Part shown: positions 46,041 through 46,362 of the stretch, in pieces
How positions within the stretch are numbered: the first letter of the stretch is position 1
Layout of the letters: each line of letters starts with the position of its first letter
From: Planctomycetota bacterium
GTDB taxonomy: Bacteria > Planctomycetota > PLA2 > JAEUHO01
Direction: 5' to 3'
Assembly (NCBI GenBank): GCA_050248855.1
Contig: JBFWRP010000034.1
Location: 1-46,362 of the forward strand
DNA: 46,362 bases
Translations under genes and position numbers: made by a program
Notes under the pieces: generated by a model
Told to the model about the DNA's origin: nothing
Databases searched by the model: none
The model's input: only the letters and a program-made list of their open reading frames with translations

Positions 46041-46362
46041 TCCGTACGGGCTTTGCCGTCGGCATGAAGAACTGACACGCAGGGGGCGCGGTTCGACGGC
46101 GAGTGCACGTCGCAGTCTGGTGTCTGGCCACTCCACGCTCGTTCCGCGCTCCCGCGCGGATTCGGCGCTCGGGCTGCCGCCCTCGCGGCAGGAGGGCTAT
46201 TCCGTACCCCTCCTGCACCTCTCACGGGGGGCGCGGTGCCCTGGCCGGCGAACGTCGCACTTTGGTGTCTGCAATGGAAGGTGCCTGAACTCCGGGCTCG
46301 GACAGGACAGCCACGCTTCCATGGGAGGGGGTGCCGCGCGCATCGAGACGCGGTACGGAGGC

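Noticed and set aside
1061..46218. Many long antisense or alternate-frame ORFs (e.g. 1061-3964 +, 12273-15389 +, 17108-20149 +, 28574-31693 -, 39659-42796 -, 42124-46218 -)
   Set aside because: They mirror genuine genes on the opposite strand, have no recognisable motifs, and are expected from stop-codon scarcity in very GC-rich DNA.
46041..46362. Possible gene or RNA at the right edge (61-aa ORF 46103-46288)
   Set aside because: No coding signature, tRNA fold or known RNA motif is recognisable.
1..46362. CRISPR arrays, tRNA/rRNA, transposases, integrases, defence genes
   Set aside because: No regularly spaced repeats or diagnostic motifs were found by eye; the locus looks chromosomal and native, interleaved with rnpA, scpB, rsmE and UDG.

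Overview
Very GC-rich bacterial DNA, probably Planctomycetota. That placement is inferred from gene content (TPR-secretins, PilM-PilN fusion, FHA-GAF sigma54 activator, ExbB with several ExbDs) and is not proven. The window is almost entirely one envelope-machinery locus made of two divergent arms. Minus arm (28034 to 854): family-4 UDG, multi-TM/TPR protein, rsmE, FHA-GAF-sigma54 enhancer-binding protein, tandem-FHA membrane protein, PilM-PilN fusion, PilO-like protein, membrane-anchored TPR protein, four prepilin-type proteins (GspG-, H-, J-, I-like), two secreted hypotheticals, a parvulin PPIase, scpB, and an unusual PpiD/SurA-like protein carrying three GspG-type motifs. Plus arm (28451 to 45864): TPR-secretin with a Cys-rich tail, two secreted TPR proteins, one ExbB/TolQ, three ExbD/TolR, an alkaline-phosphatase-superfamily lipoprotein and a second, lipoprotein TPR-secretin. 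rnpA-yidD lies at the left edge. No assembly ATPase (PilB/GspE), platform protein (PilC/GspF), prepilin peptidase or TonB/TolA is visible. The best candidate for a new system is a type-IV-filament/T2SS-like machine with twin secretins, clustered with a TonB-less proton-motor set and under apparent sigma54/FHA control. Start codons were re-picked by eye from the ORF track, and domain calls come from motif recognition only.
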